From an uncultured Oscillospiraceae bacterium (lineage in GTDB: Bacteria > Bacillota > Clostridia > Oscillospirales > Oscillospiraceae): a stretch of 63,411 nt of DNA. The translations under genes were made by a program, and so were the position numbers. The notes beneath the pieces were generated by a model, which was given only the letters and a program-made list of their open reading frames with translations, had not been told where the DNA came from and ran no database searches. The stretch spans positions 1 to 63,411 of the forward strand of contig CALXCW010000001.1 of the NCBI GenBank assembly GCA_944386905.1, in the 5' to 3' direction. Positions within the stretch are counted from its first letter, which is position 1; each line of letters starts with the position of its first letter. This document shows, piece by piece, positions 41,742 to 51,277 of the stretch.

Positions 41742-43610
41742 ATGGAATATTTCGCCGGAAGCTATGATGTGGCCGTCATTGGCGCAGGCCACGCGGGAAT
41801 TGAAGCGGGCCTGGCCGCAGCACGGTTGGGGCTCAAGACGGTGGTGTTCACCATCAATCTCGATGCCGTGGGCAACATGCCCTGTAATCCGGCCATCGGC
41901 GGCACGGGCAAAGGACAATTGGTGCGGGAGTTGGATGCTCTGGGCGGCGAGATGGCCAAGGCAGCCGATCGCTGCTGCATTCAGTACCGCATGCTCAACC
42001 GCGGCAAGGGCCCAGCAGTGCATTCCCTCCGGGCCCAGGCAGACCGGCGAAAATACCAGGAGGAGATGAAGCGCACCTTAGAGCGCCAGGAGAACCTGGA
42101 TCTCAAGCAAGCCATGGTCACGGATATTCGGCTGGAAGGAGGACGGGTAGCGGCAGTGGTAACCCGCCTGGGAGCGGTATACCATGTACATGCCGCAGTG
42201 ATTGCTTCGGGCACCTATCTCAATGCCAGGGTGATCACCGGCGAATGTGCCTATGAATCCGGCCCCGACGGCATGCATGCCGGCCTTTTTCTATCGGAGC
42301 GTTTGGCCGCGCTGGGACTTCGGATGCGTCGCTTCAAGACCGGCACACCGCCTCGGATCAATGCCCGCAGTGTAGACTTTGCTGAGATGGAGCTTCAGCC
42401 CGGCGATGACGAACCCCAGCCCTTTTCTTTTTCCACTCAGGCACCGCCTCAGAACCAGGCTGTGTGCTATCTCACATATACCAACGAAAAAACCCATGCC
42501 ATTATCCGTGAGAACTTTGCCCGCAGCCCTCTGTTTAACGGTACGATTGAGAGCGTGGGGCCTCGGTACTGTCCCTCCATCGAGACAAAGATTCACCAGT
42601 TCCCCGACAAGTTGCGCCATCAGCTCTTTATCGAGCCCTGCGGGCTGGGCACCGATGAGCTCTACATTCAAGGATTGAGCTCCTCTCTGCCGGAGGATGT
42701 GCAGCTTCAGATGCTCCACACCATCCCCGGCCTTACCCATGCCGAGATGATGCGCCCAGCCTATGCCATCGAGTACGACTGCGTCGATCCCACGGAGCTT
42801 TTACCCACATTGGAGTGCAAAAAAATTCCGGGCCTTTACGGCGCGGGGCAGTTCAACGGCTCATCGGGCTACGAGGAAGCGGCAGTGCAGGGCTTTGTGG
42901 CCGGTGTCAATGCGGCGCTGAAAATCCTGGGCCGGGAACCGTTGGTGCTCAAGCGTTCGGACGGCTATATCGGCATTCTCATTGACGATCTGGTTACCAA
43001 GGGTACCGAGGAGCCCTACCGGGTGATGACCTCTCGATCGGAGTATCGCCTGCTCCACCGCCAGGACAACGCCGACCGGCGTTTGTGTGCCGTCGGACGG
43101 GAGATTGGGCTTGTCAGCGAGATGCAATACCAAGCGGTGTTGGATAAATATGCGGCAGTAGAGCGGGAGCTGCGGCGGCTGGAGAGCTGCGGTGTGGCCG
43201 AGAGCGAGGCGCTCAACGCACTGCTCACCGGCCTGGGCACAGCGCCGGTGCGGGGCTCTGCCAGGATGGCCGATCTGTTGCGGCGACCCCAGGTGCGCTA
43301 TGCCATGCTGGCGCCCTTTGATACCACCCGACCCAGTCTGCCCGCCGCGGTCACCGAGCAGGTGGAGATTCAGCTCAAATATGCAGGCTACATTGCCCGG
43401 CAGCAGAAGCAGGTGGAGGAATTTCAGAAGGCAGAAGGGCGGCGTCTGCCGCCGGATGTGGACTATACCGCCATTCAAGGTCTACGACTGGAGGCGAGGC
43501 AGAAGCTTCAAGAGATGCGTCCTCTCTCGGTGGGTCAGGCCAGCCGGATCTCCGGTGTAAGTCCGGCGGATGTGGCGGTGCTGCTGGTTTGGCTGGAGCA
43601 ACATGGCTGA
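41742..43610 (+). CDS. mnmG: tRNA uridine 5-carboxymethylaminomethyl modification enzyme MnmG (GidA)
   Basis: 622-aa ORF with FAD motif [15 protein letters not shown], plus [21 protein letters not shown] and [16 protein letters not shown]. Confidence 0.95.
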   Translation: MEYFAGSYDVAVIGAGHAGIEAGLAAARLGLKTVVFTINLDAVGNMPCNPAIGGTGKGQLVRELDALGGEMAKAADRCCIQYRMLNRGKGPAVHSLRAQADRRKYQEEMKRTLERQENLDLKQAMVTDIRLEGGRVAAVVTRLGAVYHVHAAVIASGTYLNARVITGECAYESGPDGMHAGLFLSERLAALGLRMRRFKTGTPPRINARSVDFAEMELQPGDDEPQPFSFSTQAPPQNQAVCYLTYTNEKTHAIIRENFARSPLFNGTIESVGPRYCPSIETKIHQFPDKLRHQLFIEPCGLGTDELYIQGLSSSLPEDVQLQMLHTIPGLTHAEMMRPAYAIEYDCVDPTELLPTLECKKIPGLYGAGQFNGSSGYEEAAVQGFVAGVNAALKILGREPLVLKRSDGYIGILIDDLVTKGTEEPYRVMTSRSEYRLLHRQDNADRRLCAVGREIGLVSEMQYQAVLDKYAAVERELRRLESCGVAESEALNALLTGLGTAPVRGSARMADLLRRPQVRYAMLAPFDTTRPSLPAAVTEQVEIQLKYAGYIARQQKQVEEFQKAEGRRLPPDVDYTAIQGLRLEARQKLQEMRPLSVGQASRISGVSPADVAVLLVWLEQHG

Positions 43611-43619
43611 GCATGGTTG

Positions 43620-43654
43620 GAAAACCGGCGGAGGACAAGCCTCCGCCGGTTTTC
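43620..43654. terminator. bidirectional terminator
   Basis: GAAAACCGGCGGAGG-ACAAG-CCTCCGCCGGTTTTC. It lies between mnmG (+) and the rubrerythrin fusion gene (-). Confidence 0.75.
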
Positions 43655-43661
43655 CTGCACT

Positions 43662-44813
43662 TTAGTAGTTTTCCTGGTGCACTTCAAAGAAACTCTGGCT
43701 GTAGCCGCAGACCGGGCAGACCTCCGGGGCCTTATTGCCCATGACCAGATGACCACAGACCCGGCACTCCCACATAGCCATCTCACTTTTTTCAAAAACG
43801 CGCTGCATCTCGATATTTTTCAGCAGGGCGCGATAGCGGGCTTCGTGGGCTTTTTCAATTTCACCCACTCTGCGGAACCGCTCGGCCAACTCAGGGAAGC
43901 CTTCGGCATCGGCATCCTTGGCAAAGCGGTCGTACATATCTGTCCACTCATAGTTCTCACCCTCTGCTGCGGCCAGAAGATTGGCGGCCGTCTTGCCCAT
44001 GTGACCTAGGGCTTCAAACCAGAGACGGGCGTGCTCCTGCTCGTTGCGAGCTGTTTTAAGGAAGAGCTCGGCAATTTGCTCATAACCCTCGGCCTGGGCT
44101 ACGGCGGCGAAATAGGTGTACTTGTTGCGCGCCTGACTCTCGCCGGCAAAAGCGGCCTCCAGGTTTTTCTCGGTTTTTGTACCGGCGTAGGGACTGGCTG
44201 TTGGAGTGGCGGCCTCTTCGATCTTCACAAACACGCGTGCTGGCTGATGACAGCGGGGGCAGACAAAGTCCGGCGGCAGGGGGCCTTCGTGGATGTAGCC
44301 GCAAACGGTACATCTCCATTTTTCCATAGGGGGTTCCTCCGTTTCTTCGTTGAATCTGAGCTGATCGAGCAGTGTCGCCACGGCCTCCTGGGGTACGTCG
44401 GGTGATTGGCTCAAAGCATGCAGGAAAGTGCGGGTATTACCACTCTGGGGGAGCATAAACCCAGCTTCACGGCAGAGATCTTCGGCCATCAGGCGGCTGG
44501 ATTTTTCCACAGCGGCGGCCAGGGGGCCAGGGAGCAGGGCGGCTATGGCCTCAGCCTGCGCCTTAGACTGGATCAGCGCCCGCAGGGCATCCACCACGGC
44601 CTGGGTCTTGGGCTGCTGAGGCGGCATGTCCTTCGGCACCATGGAAATAGCACCAGAGGGGCATGCGTCGGCGCACCGACCGCAGCCGAGACATTTGCGG
44701 ATGTCGATGATACTGTTCTCCGTGTCTGTAGCGCCGGTCGGGCAGACATAGAGGCACAGGCAGTCCTTGGTGCATAGGCGGAGATTCCGCACGGCAAATA
44801 CTTCGGCCATCAC
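43662..44813 (-). CDS. multidomain ferredoxin(2x4Fe-4S)-linker-rubredoxin-rubrerythrin fusion protein
   Basis: 383-aa ORF. N-terminal Cys motifs are [12 protein letters not shown] and [12 protein letters not shown]. An internal rubredoxin-like WRCTVCGY...CPRC follows. The diiron ferritin-like core is [18 protein letters not shown]...NEQEHARLW...GENYEW...[10 protein letters not shown], and the C-terminus carries the CRVCGH...CPVCG motif. Confidence 0.82.
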   Translation of the reverse strand: MMAEVFAVRNLRLCTKDCLCLYVCPTGATDTENSIIDIRKCLGCGRCADACPSGAISMVPKDMPPQQPKTQAVVDALRALIQSKAQAEAIAALLPGPLAAAVEKSSRLMAEDLCREAGFMLPQSGNTRTFLHALSQSPDVPQEAVATLLDQLRFNEETEEPPMEKWRCTVCGYIHEGPLPPDFVCPRCHQPARVFVKIEEAATPTASPYAGTKTEKNLEAAFAGESQARNKYTYFAAVAQAEGYEQIAELFLKTARNEQEHARLWFEALGHMGKTAANLLAAAEGENYEWTDMYDRFAKDADAEGFPELAERFRRVGEIEKAHEARYRALLKNIEMQRVFEKSEMAMWECRVCGHLVMGNKAPEVCPVCGYSQSFFEVHQENY

Positions 44814-45472
44814 TTTGCCCTCCCTTCTATTTTTTCAAACTTCCAGCTGGGAACTTTGCACACGGGACACAGCGGCGGAGGCCCGTCACCTACAGAGACG
44901 AAGCCGCAAATGGTGCAGACATATACGCCGCTGTTTTGCAACATGGCGGCACCCTCTCTTTCATAGCGCTCCAGGAGAGATTTGAGCATGTTGCTCACTT
45001 TTTCGCTCCACACCAGTGTGCGCAAGGCGCCGCGATCGCCGGCCGCGCCGGCAACAGCATGGGCATAGGGGTAAGCGCGGGAGAGGTCTTCGTTTACCAG
45101 AGCCAGCAGCCCGGCAAAATCTGCCGCGGGCGGTGGCACGGCCTGGGTGCGGAAGTGGTCTGCCAGCCGGGTGAATGCCGCTGCCTCTTGGTCAAGATAT
45201 TGCTTTTCGCAACCCCGGGCCAGATTGGAGCAGAGAATGCTCATCTCCATGGCCGAGAGCTCCCGTTCCACCTCCGGCGGAGGGGACGGCGGGGGTGCGG
45301 CTTGAGTCGGTGCGCCCTGCAGGCGGAATGCGTTCTTACCAGCACCGCACAGCGGACACACCCAATCTGCGCCCAGGGCCTCCCAGGGAGTACCAGGAGC
45401 AATACCCGCCTCGGGAATCCCCTTTGCCTCGTCATAGACGTAGCCGCAGACGGAACAAACATAGGTTTTCAT
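44810..45472 (-). CDS. rubredoxin-domain protein with central helical domain and C-terminal rubredoxin-like Cys4 motif
   Basis: 220-aa ORF. The N-terminus is canonical rubredoxin ([12 protein letters not shown]...[10 protein letters not shown]). A Pro-rich linker and a helical middle lacking obvious EXXH diiron ligands follow. The C-terminus carries CTICGF...CPVC. ATGA overlap with the downstream gene. Confidence 0.7.
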   Translation of the reverse strand: MKTYVCSVCGYVYDEAKGIPEAGIAPGTPWEALGADWVCPLCGAGKNAFRLQGAPTQAAPPPSPPPEVERELSAMEMSILCSNLARGCEKQYLDQEAAAFTRLADHFRTQAVPPPAADFAGLLALVNEDLSRAYPYAHAVAGAAGDRGALRTLVWSEKVSNMLKSLLERYEREGAAMLQNSGVYVCTICGFVSVGDGPPPLCPVCKVPSWKFEKIEGRAK

Positions 45473-45673
45473 GGGTGATACTTCGCCTCCTTTTTAAGAT
45501 ATATACAAAAATTACTTAAGATTTTCAGGATTGTTTAGACATTTTACCACAAAGAAAACGCTGCTGCAAGGGGAAAAGGAAGAAAAAGAAAAATGTGACG
45601 AAGAAGCCGCGGCTGTTGCATCGGCGATAACCTATGTGATATGATAACGGGGAAAAGAGAAAAGGTGGGAAGC

Positions 45674-45907
45674 ATGATGTCCCTGGAAGAAATTGAGGCA
45701 ACGCTGGCGGAACTGGAGGACATACAGCTGCGACGGCTGGGGCCTGCGGCATTGCAGGAGCTGCAGCGGCAGATCCGGCTTCTGATGGAGCAGCTTGCGG
45801 CGCAGCAGCCGGAGGATATGGAAGGGGAGGCCTTTGAAGCCTGGGCAGAGCCCTACGAGCGTCTGGAAGATCTGGCCGACAATGTGGCGGACTATCTGGC
45901 GCGATGA
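45674..45907 (+). CDS. hypothetical small acidic helical protein
   Basis: 77 aa from the ATG at 45674 (RBS AAAAGGTGGGA). It looks like a Glu/Leu-rich coiled coil. No family was recognised. Confidence 0.45.
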   Translation: MMSLEEIEATLAELEDIQLRRLGPAALQELQRQIRLLMEQLAAQQPEDMEGEAFEAWAEPYERLEDLADNVADYLAR

Positions 45908-45959
45908 AGCCACGAGCAGTATATGTTGGTGCAGGGGAAAGAACCCCATGATGTCCAAC

Positions 45960-46001
45960 GGGCGCAGACGCTGTTGCATCTGCGCCCGGGCAGCTATTTT
46001 T
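45960..46001 (+). terminator. hairpin with a distal T-run
   Basis: GGGCGCAGA-10 nt-TCTGCGCCC, then GGGCAGCTATTTTT. Confidence 0.45.
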
Positions 46002-46133
46002 GCTCAGGAAGAACTGTGGCTTAAAAGGCCTATAATCATTCTAAAAGCAGAATACTTTGTGATATTGATTGCGATTTTTGGTGATTAGCAAACTGGAAAT
46101 CGCAATTTCTCTTGAGAAACAGAGGGGATTTCG

Positions 46134-46142
46134 TGTTATAAT
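46134..46142 (+). promoter_or_regulatory. extended -10 promoter element (TGtTATAAT)
   Basis: TG at 46134-46135 and TATAAT at 46137-46142. A possible -35 TTGAGA at 46112 has a 19-nt spacer. The element lies about 200 nt upstream of yaiI. Confidence 0.4.
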
Positions 46143-46342
46143 GAAAATATTCTTTGGGCACAGGCAAAGGTGAGCAGGTCGGTTTGGCTCTAGCCGGAGC
46201 GCGGCTTAGAGCATAAGAGCGGAGATGAGTGCCATACAGAACATGCAGATGAAGGCAAGGGAGAGCCGGGCCTGGCAAAGTGGTTTGCCGGCAGAGGAAA
46301 TGCGAGGGGCAAGGCTGGAATGCGAAGTAAGGAGCCGCTGCG

Positions 46343-46795
46343 ATGAAGCTGCTCATTGATGCCGACGGTTGCCCGGTGGTGACGCTGGCGCTTCGGGAGG
46401 CGCGGGCGTGGGAGATACCCTGCCTGCTTCTTTGCGATACAGCCCATCGGATTGAGCGCCCCGGGGCTGAGACCATCGTGGTTTCACAAGGCGCCGACAG
46501 CGTGGATTTCGCGCTGCTCAAGCGCCTTGTGCCGGGGGATGTGGTTATCACCCAGGATTACGGCCTGGCAGCGCTGTGCCTGACTCGGGGCGCCCGTGTG
46601 GTGGATCAAAACGGTCGGGAGTATACCGACGAAAATATCGACGGGCTTCTGCGTGTTCGTCATGCTGCGGCACGAATCCGGCGGGGCGGCGGACGGCTTA
46701 GGGGCCCGGCTAAGCGCACCCGGGCCCAGGATGCGGCATTCGTCCTGGGCCTGCGCCAGATTCTGGTGCAGGCCTGCCCTAGCGGGGAAAAATAG
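46343..46795 (+). CDS. YaiI/YqxD family protein (UPF0178/DUF188)
   Basis: 150-aa ORF with MKLLIDADGCPV ... VVITQDYGLAA, typical of DUF188. Confidence 0.82.
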   Translation: MKLLIDADGCPVVTLALREARAWEIPCLLLCDTAHRIERPGAETIVVSQGADSVDFALLKRLVPGDVVITQDYGLAALCLTRGARVVDQNGREYTDENIDGLLRVRHAAARIRRGGGRLRGPAKRTRAQDAAFVLGLRQILVQACPSGEK

Positions 46796-46815
46796 GAAAA
46801 ACGACAACTTTTCTC

Positions 46816-46844
46816 TTTACAGACAGCAGGTGCTTCTGTATAAT
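46816..46844 (+). promoter_or_regulatory. sigma-70-type promoter of prfB (TTTACA-17 nt-TATAAT)
   Basis: -35 at 46816-46821 and -10 at 46839-46844. Confidence 0.6.
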
Positions 46845-46877
46845 AGGGAAGAAATGTGAAATAAAGCGTGGTATTGA

Positions 46878-48008
46878 TTGATGAGTATGATCGAATTTGA
46901 CGACTATAAAAATAAGCTCAACGCCATCCGTCCCAAGCTGGACGGCCTTTCTGAGTCCCTGGCGCTGGATTCCTGCCGGGAGGAGCATGAGCGGCTCCAG
47001 GCCCAGATTGAATCCCCCGGCTTCTGGGATAACCAGGAGATCTCTCAGAAAGTGATGAAGCGTGCCCGCCAGCTGGAGGCCAAAATGGAACGCTATGCCC
47101 ACATGGTCTCCCAGTGGGATGACCTGATGACCATTTGCGAGATGGCTCTGGAGGAAAACGACGAATCCATGCTGGAAGAGCTGAAAGCCGGCTACGAAGA
47201 GCTGGAGACCAAGATGGAAGAGTCCCGACTGGAGACGCTGCTCACCGGCGAATATGACGGCAACAACGCCCTGGTATCTTTCCAGGCCGGCGCCGGCGGT
47301 ACCGAGGCCCAAGACTGGTGCCAGATGCTCTACCGGATGTACACCCGCTGGGCCGAGCGCCATGGCTACACCTATAAAATCCTCGACTATCTCGACGGCG
47401 ATGAGGCAGGCCTCAAGTCTGCCAGCATCATGATCGAAGGCACCAATGCCTATGGCTTCCTCAAGAGCGAATCCGGCGTCCACCGGCTGGTGCGTATCTC
47501 TCCCTTTGACGCTGCGGGCCGCCGACATACTTCCTTCTCCGCCGTGGAAGTGATTCCGGAGATCACCGACGATGTGGAGGTGGAAATCCGCCCCGAGGAT
47601 ATCGAAATGCAGGTCTACCGCTCCAGCGGCGCCGGCGGCCAGCACATCAACAAGACCTCCTCTGCCGTCCGCCTGATCCACAAGCCCACCGGCATCGTGG
47701 TCTCCTGCCAGACCCAGCGTGACCAGTTCCAGAACAAGGAAACCTGTATGCGTATGCTCCGCTCCAAGCTCATGGAGATCAAGGAGCGGGAGCACTTTGA
47801 GAAGATCTCCGATATCAAGGGCGTCCAGCAGAAGATTGAGTGGGGCAGCCAGATCCGCTCCTACGTCTTTATGCCCTATACCCTGGCCAAGGATACCCGC
47901 ACCGGCTATGAGATGACCAACATCAACGCCGTCATGGACGGCGAGCTGGACGGCTTTATCAATGCCTACCTCAACTGCTGCGCCACAGGCCAGTGGGCGA
48001 CGAAATAA
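46878..48008 (+). CDS. prfB: peptide chain release factor 2
   Basis: 376-aa single uninterrupted ORF (TTG at 46878; ATG alternatives at 46881 and 46887). It carries the SPF tripeptide anticodon (ISPFDAAGRRHTSF) and the GGQ motif (SSGAGGQHINK). Confidence 0.93.
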   Translation: MMSMIEFDDYKNKLNAIRPKLDGLSESLALDSCREEHERLQAQIESPGFWDNQEISQKVMKRARQLEAKMERYAHMVSQWDDLMTICEMALEENDESMLEELKAGYEELETKMEESRLETLLTGEYDGNNALVSFQAGAGGTEAQDWCQMLYRMYTRWAERHGYTYKILDYLDGDEAGLKSASIMIEGTNAYGFLKSESGVHRLVRISPFDAAGRRHTSFSAVEVIPEITDDVEVEIRPEDIEMQVYRSSGAGGQHINKTSSAVRLIHKPTGIVVSCQTQRDQFQNKETCMRMLRSKLMEIKEREHFEKISDIKGVQQKIEWGSQIRSYVFMPYTLAKDTRTGYEMTNINAVMDGELDGFINAYLNCCATGQWATK

Positions 48009-48132
48009 TTCGATTTTTGGCTTGCTTTTCCGGTGAAATTATGGTATGATACCATTTGCTATGAAAACGAATTGATTACGGCTTGCCGTTGGCCGTAAGA
48101 ACGGTCATGGAAGCATGTTGTTTGGAGGAAAT

Positions 48133-48369
48133 ATGGAAGTTCTGCATCTCATTCTCACCATCATTCAGGTTCTTGCCGCCATCGGCCTCGTGGTCATCGT
48201 TATGGTTCAGTCCGGCAAGAGTGCCGGCCTCTCTGGTGCCATCGCCGGCTCTGCGGAGGGCTTTATGTCCAAGAACAAAGGTTCCACGCTGGACGCCAAG
48301 CTGGCCCGCTTCACCAAGTGGATCGCCGGCCTGTTCCTGGTGCTCACCTTTGTGCTGAACCTGTTTTAA
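48133..48369 (+). CDS. secG: preprotein translocase subunit SecG
   Basis: 78 aa from the ATG at 48133 (RBS GGAGGAAA). It has two TM segments with the VMVQSGKSAGLSGAIAG motif. Confidence 0.88.
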   Translation: MEVLHLILTIIQVLAAIGLVVIVMVQSGKSAGLSGAIAGSAEGFMSKNKGSTLDAKLARFTKWIAGLFLVLTFVLNLF

Positions 48370-48375
48370 AGATTG

Positions 48376-48410
48376 AAAAACCGGCTGGACACATGTCCAG
48401 CCGGTTTTTT
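48376..48410. terminator. bidirectional terminator
   Basis: AAAAACCGGCTGGAC-ACAT-GTCCAGCCGGTTTTT, a 15-bp stem. It lies between secG (+) and the HTH membrane protein gene (-). Confidence 0.8.
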
Positions 48411-48416
48411 GTGCCC

Positions 48417-49733
48417 TTAAAGGGCTTTTTTGCGCCGTTTTCCCAAGATATACCAGACCACTACGGCTAACCCTTCCAGTACGTAGATCCCCAGGAAGAT
48501 CTCGCTGCGCAGCTGTGCAAGATCGAGAGCCCGCCGGGCGTCGTCAAAGGTGATGACCTCGATGGGGAAGATGGTTTCACTGTCGGGATTGTAGCGCAGG
48601 AAGCAGATCTTGTGGTTTTGCACCGAAAAGCTGCAGACTGTCTCTCCCTCGCTATTGGTGATCGTTGTGGTGCTTCCATAACTACTGACAGGGCGTATTT
48701 TGGTGCCGTCAGAGGACTGCAGCACCAGCTGCTGCAATTCTGCCGCTGTCAGCGGTTTCTCGTCCTGCCACCAGCGTTCCTCCACGGCGGCGACAAATTC
48801 CGCCTCCTGGTCGTACACCGTGCCATGCATCATCTTTGCCGGTGTCCAAAGCAGTGTGGCGGCGGCTTGGATCGCTGCTGTGACTGTAACCAGAACAAGG
48901 AATACCAGTGCGGCGCGGTTTTTGCGGCGGCGGTTGCGCAGCAGCGCCTGGGCCTGCGCTTCTTCCAGGGAAAATACCCCCCGTTTCAACAGCCAGGGAT
49001 TGAGAAAATGGCACAGCAGCAGGGAGAACAGTACGAGAATCCCACCGGTCAAAATGCCCACGGCCCAGTAGAGGGTGCGGACATAGCTCAGGGAGACGAT
49101 CAGGGCTTGGTAGAGAACATTGCTCCAGGCCATAAGCCCGTTGCCGGCATATCCCCAGATGACGCCCAGCAGGCAAAGACTGAAGCCAAGAGAAAACTCC
49201 GTGAGACGGAGGACACGGTACTTCCATGGGCCGATTGCGGCGCTGTCCAGGGTCTCGTCGGAGAGAGAGAGCCAGGCGCTGTTCCAAAAGACGATTTGAA
49301 AGACGACGCCCAAAAGCACAAATGCCGCGCCCAGCCAAAAGCCCAACGTGCGTTGGTAAAAGCCCTCTGTAGCCGCCGCTGCGGCAATCAGCCCCAGCAT
49401 AGACGTGGCTGCCGCCAGGAGTGTACGGCTTTTGTACTGTGAGAGTGTCTTTTTTAGAATCCACTGCCGCTGTTTTTCGGCCTTTGCCGCGGCGGCAGGC
49501 GCCGGCTCGGAATCGGATGGACTGCAGCGTCCGCCGCGCAGCAATTCATCGCAGGTGACGTTGAATACTTCTGCAATCACCGGGATCAGTGCGAGATCCG
49601 GCGCACACTCATCCCGTTCCCAGCGGCTTATGGCCTTGTCCGACACGTGTAGAAGTTCCGCCAGATCCTTTTGTGTCATCCCGGCGGCTTTGCGCAGCGC
49701 GGAAAGAAATGAACCAATGGTCTTTTTTTCCAT
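48417..49733 (-). CDS. XRE-family helix-turn-helix protein with C-terminal multi-TM domain
   Basis: 438 aa from the ATG at 49733 (RBS AAGGAGG). The N-terminal HTH_3 is IGSFLSALRKAAGMTQKDLAELLHVSDKAISRWERDECAPDL, followed by about 6 TM segments and an extracytoplasmic tail. Confidence 0.8.
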   Translation of the reverse strand: MEKKTIGSFLSALRKAAGMTQKDLAELLHVSDKAISRWERDECAPDLALIPVIAEVFNVTCDELLRGGRCSPSDSEPAPAAAAKAEKQRQWILKKTLSQYKSRTLLAAATSMLGLIAAAAATEGFYQRTLGFWLGAAFVLLGVVFQIVFWNSAWLSLSDETLDSAAIGPWKYRVLRLTEFSLGFSLCLLGVIWGYAGNGLMAWSNVLYQALIVSLSYVRTLYWAVGILTGGILVLFSLLLCHFLNPWLLKRGVFSLEEAQAQALLRNRRRKNRAALVFLVLVTVTAAIQAAATLLWTPAKMMHGTVYDQEAEFVAAVEERWWQDEKPLTAAELQQLVLQSSDGTKIRPVSSYGSTTTITNSEGETVCSFSVQNHKICFLRYNPDSETIFPIEVITFDDARRALDLAQLRSEIFLGIYVLEGLAVVVWYILGKRRKKAL

Positions 49734-49844
49734 GGTGGCCACCTCCTTGTGGTTTCTGGCTTTATTCTACCCGGTCGAGAGAAAAAATGCCACCTCGCAG
49801 AGATAGAATCTCTCTCGCAATGCGAGAATTGCGCCAATGGGCTG

Positions 49845-49875
49845 AAAAAAGCGGAGATGGACGTGCCATCCCCGC
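49845..49875 (-). terminator. intrinsic terminator after dpaL
   Basis: On the minus strand: GCGGGGATGG-CACGT-CCATCTCCGC followed by TTTTTT. Confidence 0.6.
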
Positions 49876-49886
49876 TTGTCATGCGG

Positions 49887-51101
49887 TTACACCGTGGGGT
49901 ATTCGCCGTCCCAAAGCACTTTGCGGAACTTCATGGGATCGGTATTGCCCTCGGTGGAGAAGAGAAGTACCTGGCTGAAGCGGTCGAGCCCCAGATAGCC
50001 CCGGAGATCCTTGTACTCGTCGGTCTCCATCAGCGCGGCGATCAAGCCCATGCCGACCGCACCGGATTCGCCGGAGATCACCGTGGGATCACCCTTCACC
50101 GGCACGCCCAGCATCCGCATGCCACGGGCGCTGACCCAGTCGGGGCAGGAGACAAAGGCGGAGACGTGATTTCTCAGAATATCCCAGGAGATAATGTTGG
50201 GTTCGCCGCAGGCAAGGCCGGCCATGATGGTCTTGAGATCACCTTCGACGATTCTAGGTTCGCCGTCGCCGGCCAGGGCGCCGCGGTAGAGGCAGTCGGC
50301 GGCTCTGGCTTCCATAACTACGAACTTCGGCGGGTCGTTGGGGAAGAGATTGGTAAAGAAGCCAACCACAGCACCGGCAAGAGAGCCTACACCGGCCTGA
50401 ATAAAGACGTGGGTGGGACGGTTGACGCCAATCTGCCGCAGCTGCTCGGCGGCCTCGGAGGCCATAGTGCCGTAACCCTGCATAATCCAGGTGGGGATCT
50501 CCTCGTAACCCTCCCAAGCGGTGTCCTGGACAATGACGCCATGGTGGGTCACGGCAGCTTCGGCAGCGGCCATGCGGACGCATTCGTCGTAGTTGACCTC
50601 CTCAATGGTCACCTGCGCGCCTTCCTTGGCGATGTTTTCATAACGCGCCTGGCTGCTGCCCTTGGGCATGTGTACCACGGCCTTTTGCCGCAGCTTGTGG
50701 GCTGCCCAGGCCACACCGCGGCCGTGGTTGCCGTCGGTGGCGGTGAAGAAGGTAGCCTGACCGAATTCCCGCTGCAGCTCCTCACTGGTGAGGTAGTCGT
50801 AGGTCATTTCAGCCACGTGGCGGCCCATCTGGTGGGCGATATAGCGGGCCATGGCAAAAGAGCCGCCCAACACCTTAAAAGCGTTGAGACCGAAGCGGAA
50901 GGATTCGTCCTTGACAAAGAGACCGCCCAGGCCGAGATACTGGGCCATACCGTCCAACCGCGCCAGAGGGGTGATGGAATACTGGGGGAAGCTGGAGTGA
51001 AAATACCGCGCCTTGGCCACTTCATGGATGGCCATGATGGGCAGGTTCTTGTCCTCGCTGGAGGGCATGTGATTGTCGATCCACTTGATCTGTTCTTTCA
51101 T
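49887..51101 (-). CDS. dpaL: diaminopropionate ammonia-lyase (PLP-dependent)
   Basis: 404-aa ORF. TPLARLDGMAQYLGLGGLFVKDESFRFGLNAFKVLGGSFAM (PLP lysine in NAFK) is colinear with YgeX/DpaL. Confidence 0.85.
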   Translation of the reverse strand: MKEQIKWIDNHMPSSEDKNLPIMAIHEVAKARYFHSSFPQYSITPLARLDGMAQYLGLGGLFVKDESFRFGLNAFKVLGGSFAMARYIAHQMGRHVAEMTYDYLTSEELQREFGQATFFTATDGNHGRGVAWAAHKLRQKAVVHMPKGSSQARYENIAKEGAQVTIEEVNYDECVRMAAAEAAVTHHGVIVQDTAWEGYEEIPTWIMQGYGTMASEAAEQLRQIGVNRPTHVFIQAGVGSLAGAVVGFFTNLFPNDPPKFVVMEARAADCLYRGALAGDGEPRIVEGDLKTIMAGLACGEPNIISWDILRNHVSAFVSCPDWVSARGMRMLGVPVKGDPTVISGESGAVGMGLIAALMETDEYKDLRGYLGLDRFSQVLLFSTEGNTDPMKFRKVLWDGEYPTV

Positions 51102-51221
51102 AGCTCTACTCCCACATAAAAAATTTTAAGCACAAAAGTATTTTTGTTTGGTTCCAAGAAAAGCATATCATAAATTGAAGGAAAGTCAAGAGGAGAGGCG
51201 AAGAATCCACCGCCTTTTCCC

Positions 51222-51258
51222 AAAAAGCGGAGCCGCCCGGGGTGAAACCCGGGCGGCT
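51222..51258 (-). terminator. intrinsic terminator after thiT
   Basis: On the minus strand: AGCCGCCCGGG-TTTCAC-CCCGGGCGGCT followed by CCGCTTTTT. Confidence 0.65.
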
Positions 51259-51277
51259 TTTGAGTGTGGGAAAGAGA

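Noticed and set aside
45480-45540. PerR/Rex-type operator at the rubrerythrin promoter
   Set aside because: On the minus strand, an imperfect TTAAG-N16-CTTAA inverted repeat flanks a TATATA -10-like element. It matches neither the PerR box (TTATAAT-N-ATTATAA) nor the Rex box (TTGTGAA-N4-TTCACAA) well enough to call.
45568-45593. Second purine-only tract (26 nt) in the divergent region between the rubredoxin gene and the small acidic ORF
   Set aside because: It is real but short, and it overlaps a plausible RBS/5' UTR region. There is no adjacent terminator or promoter logic like that of the 30325-30366 tract. It is noted only as a compositional oddity.
46149-46342. c-di-GMP-I (GEMM) or ZTP riboswitch upstream of yaiI
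   Set aside because: GCACAGGCAAAGG superficially resembles the GEMM-I 5' half, and GCCGGGCCUGGCA resembles the ZTP 3' motif. However, the second conserved half (ACGCAAAGC tetraloop-receptor side, or the GGGUCGUGACUGGCG sub-domain) is absent.
46228-46359. Small ORFs in the yaiI leader (10 aa at 46141; 43 aa at 46228)
   Set aside because: They have no Shine-Dalgarno sequence and an arbitrary composition. The second runs into and out of frame with the yaiI start. They are more likely non-coding.
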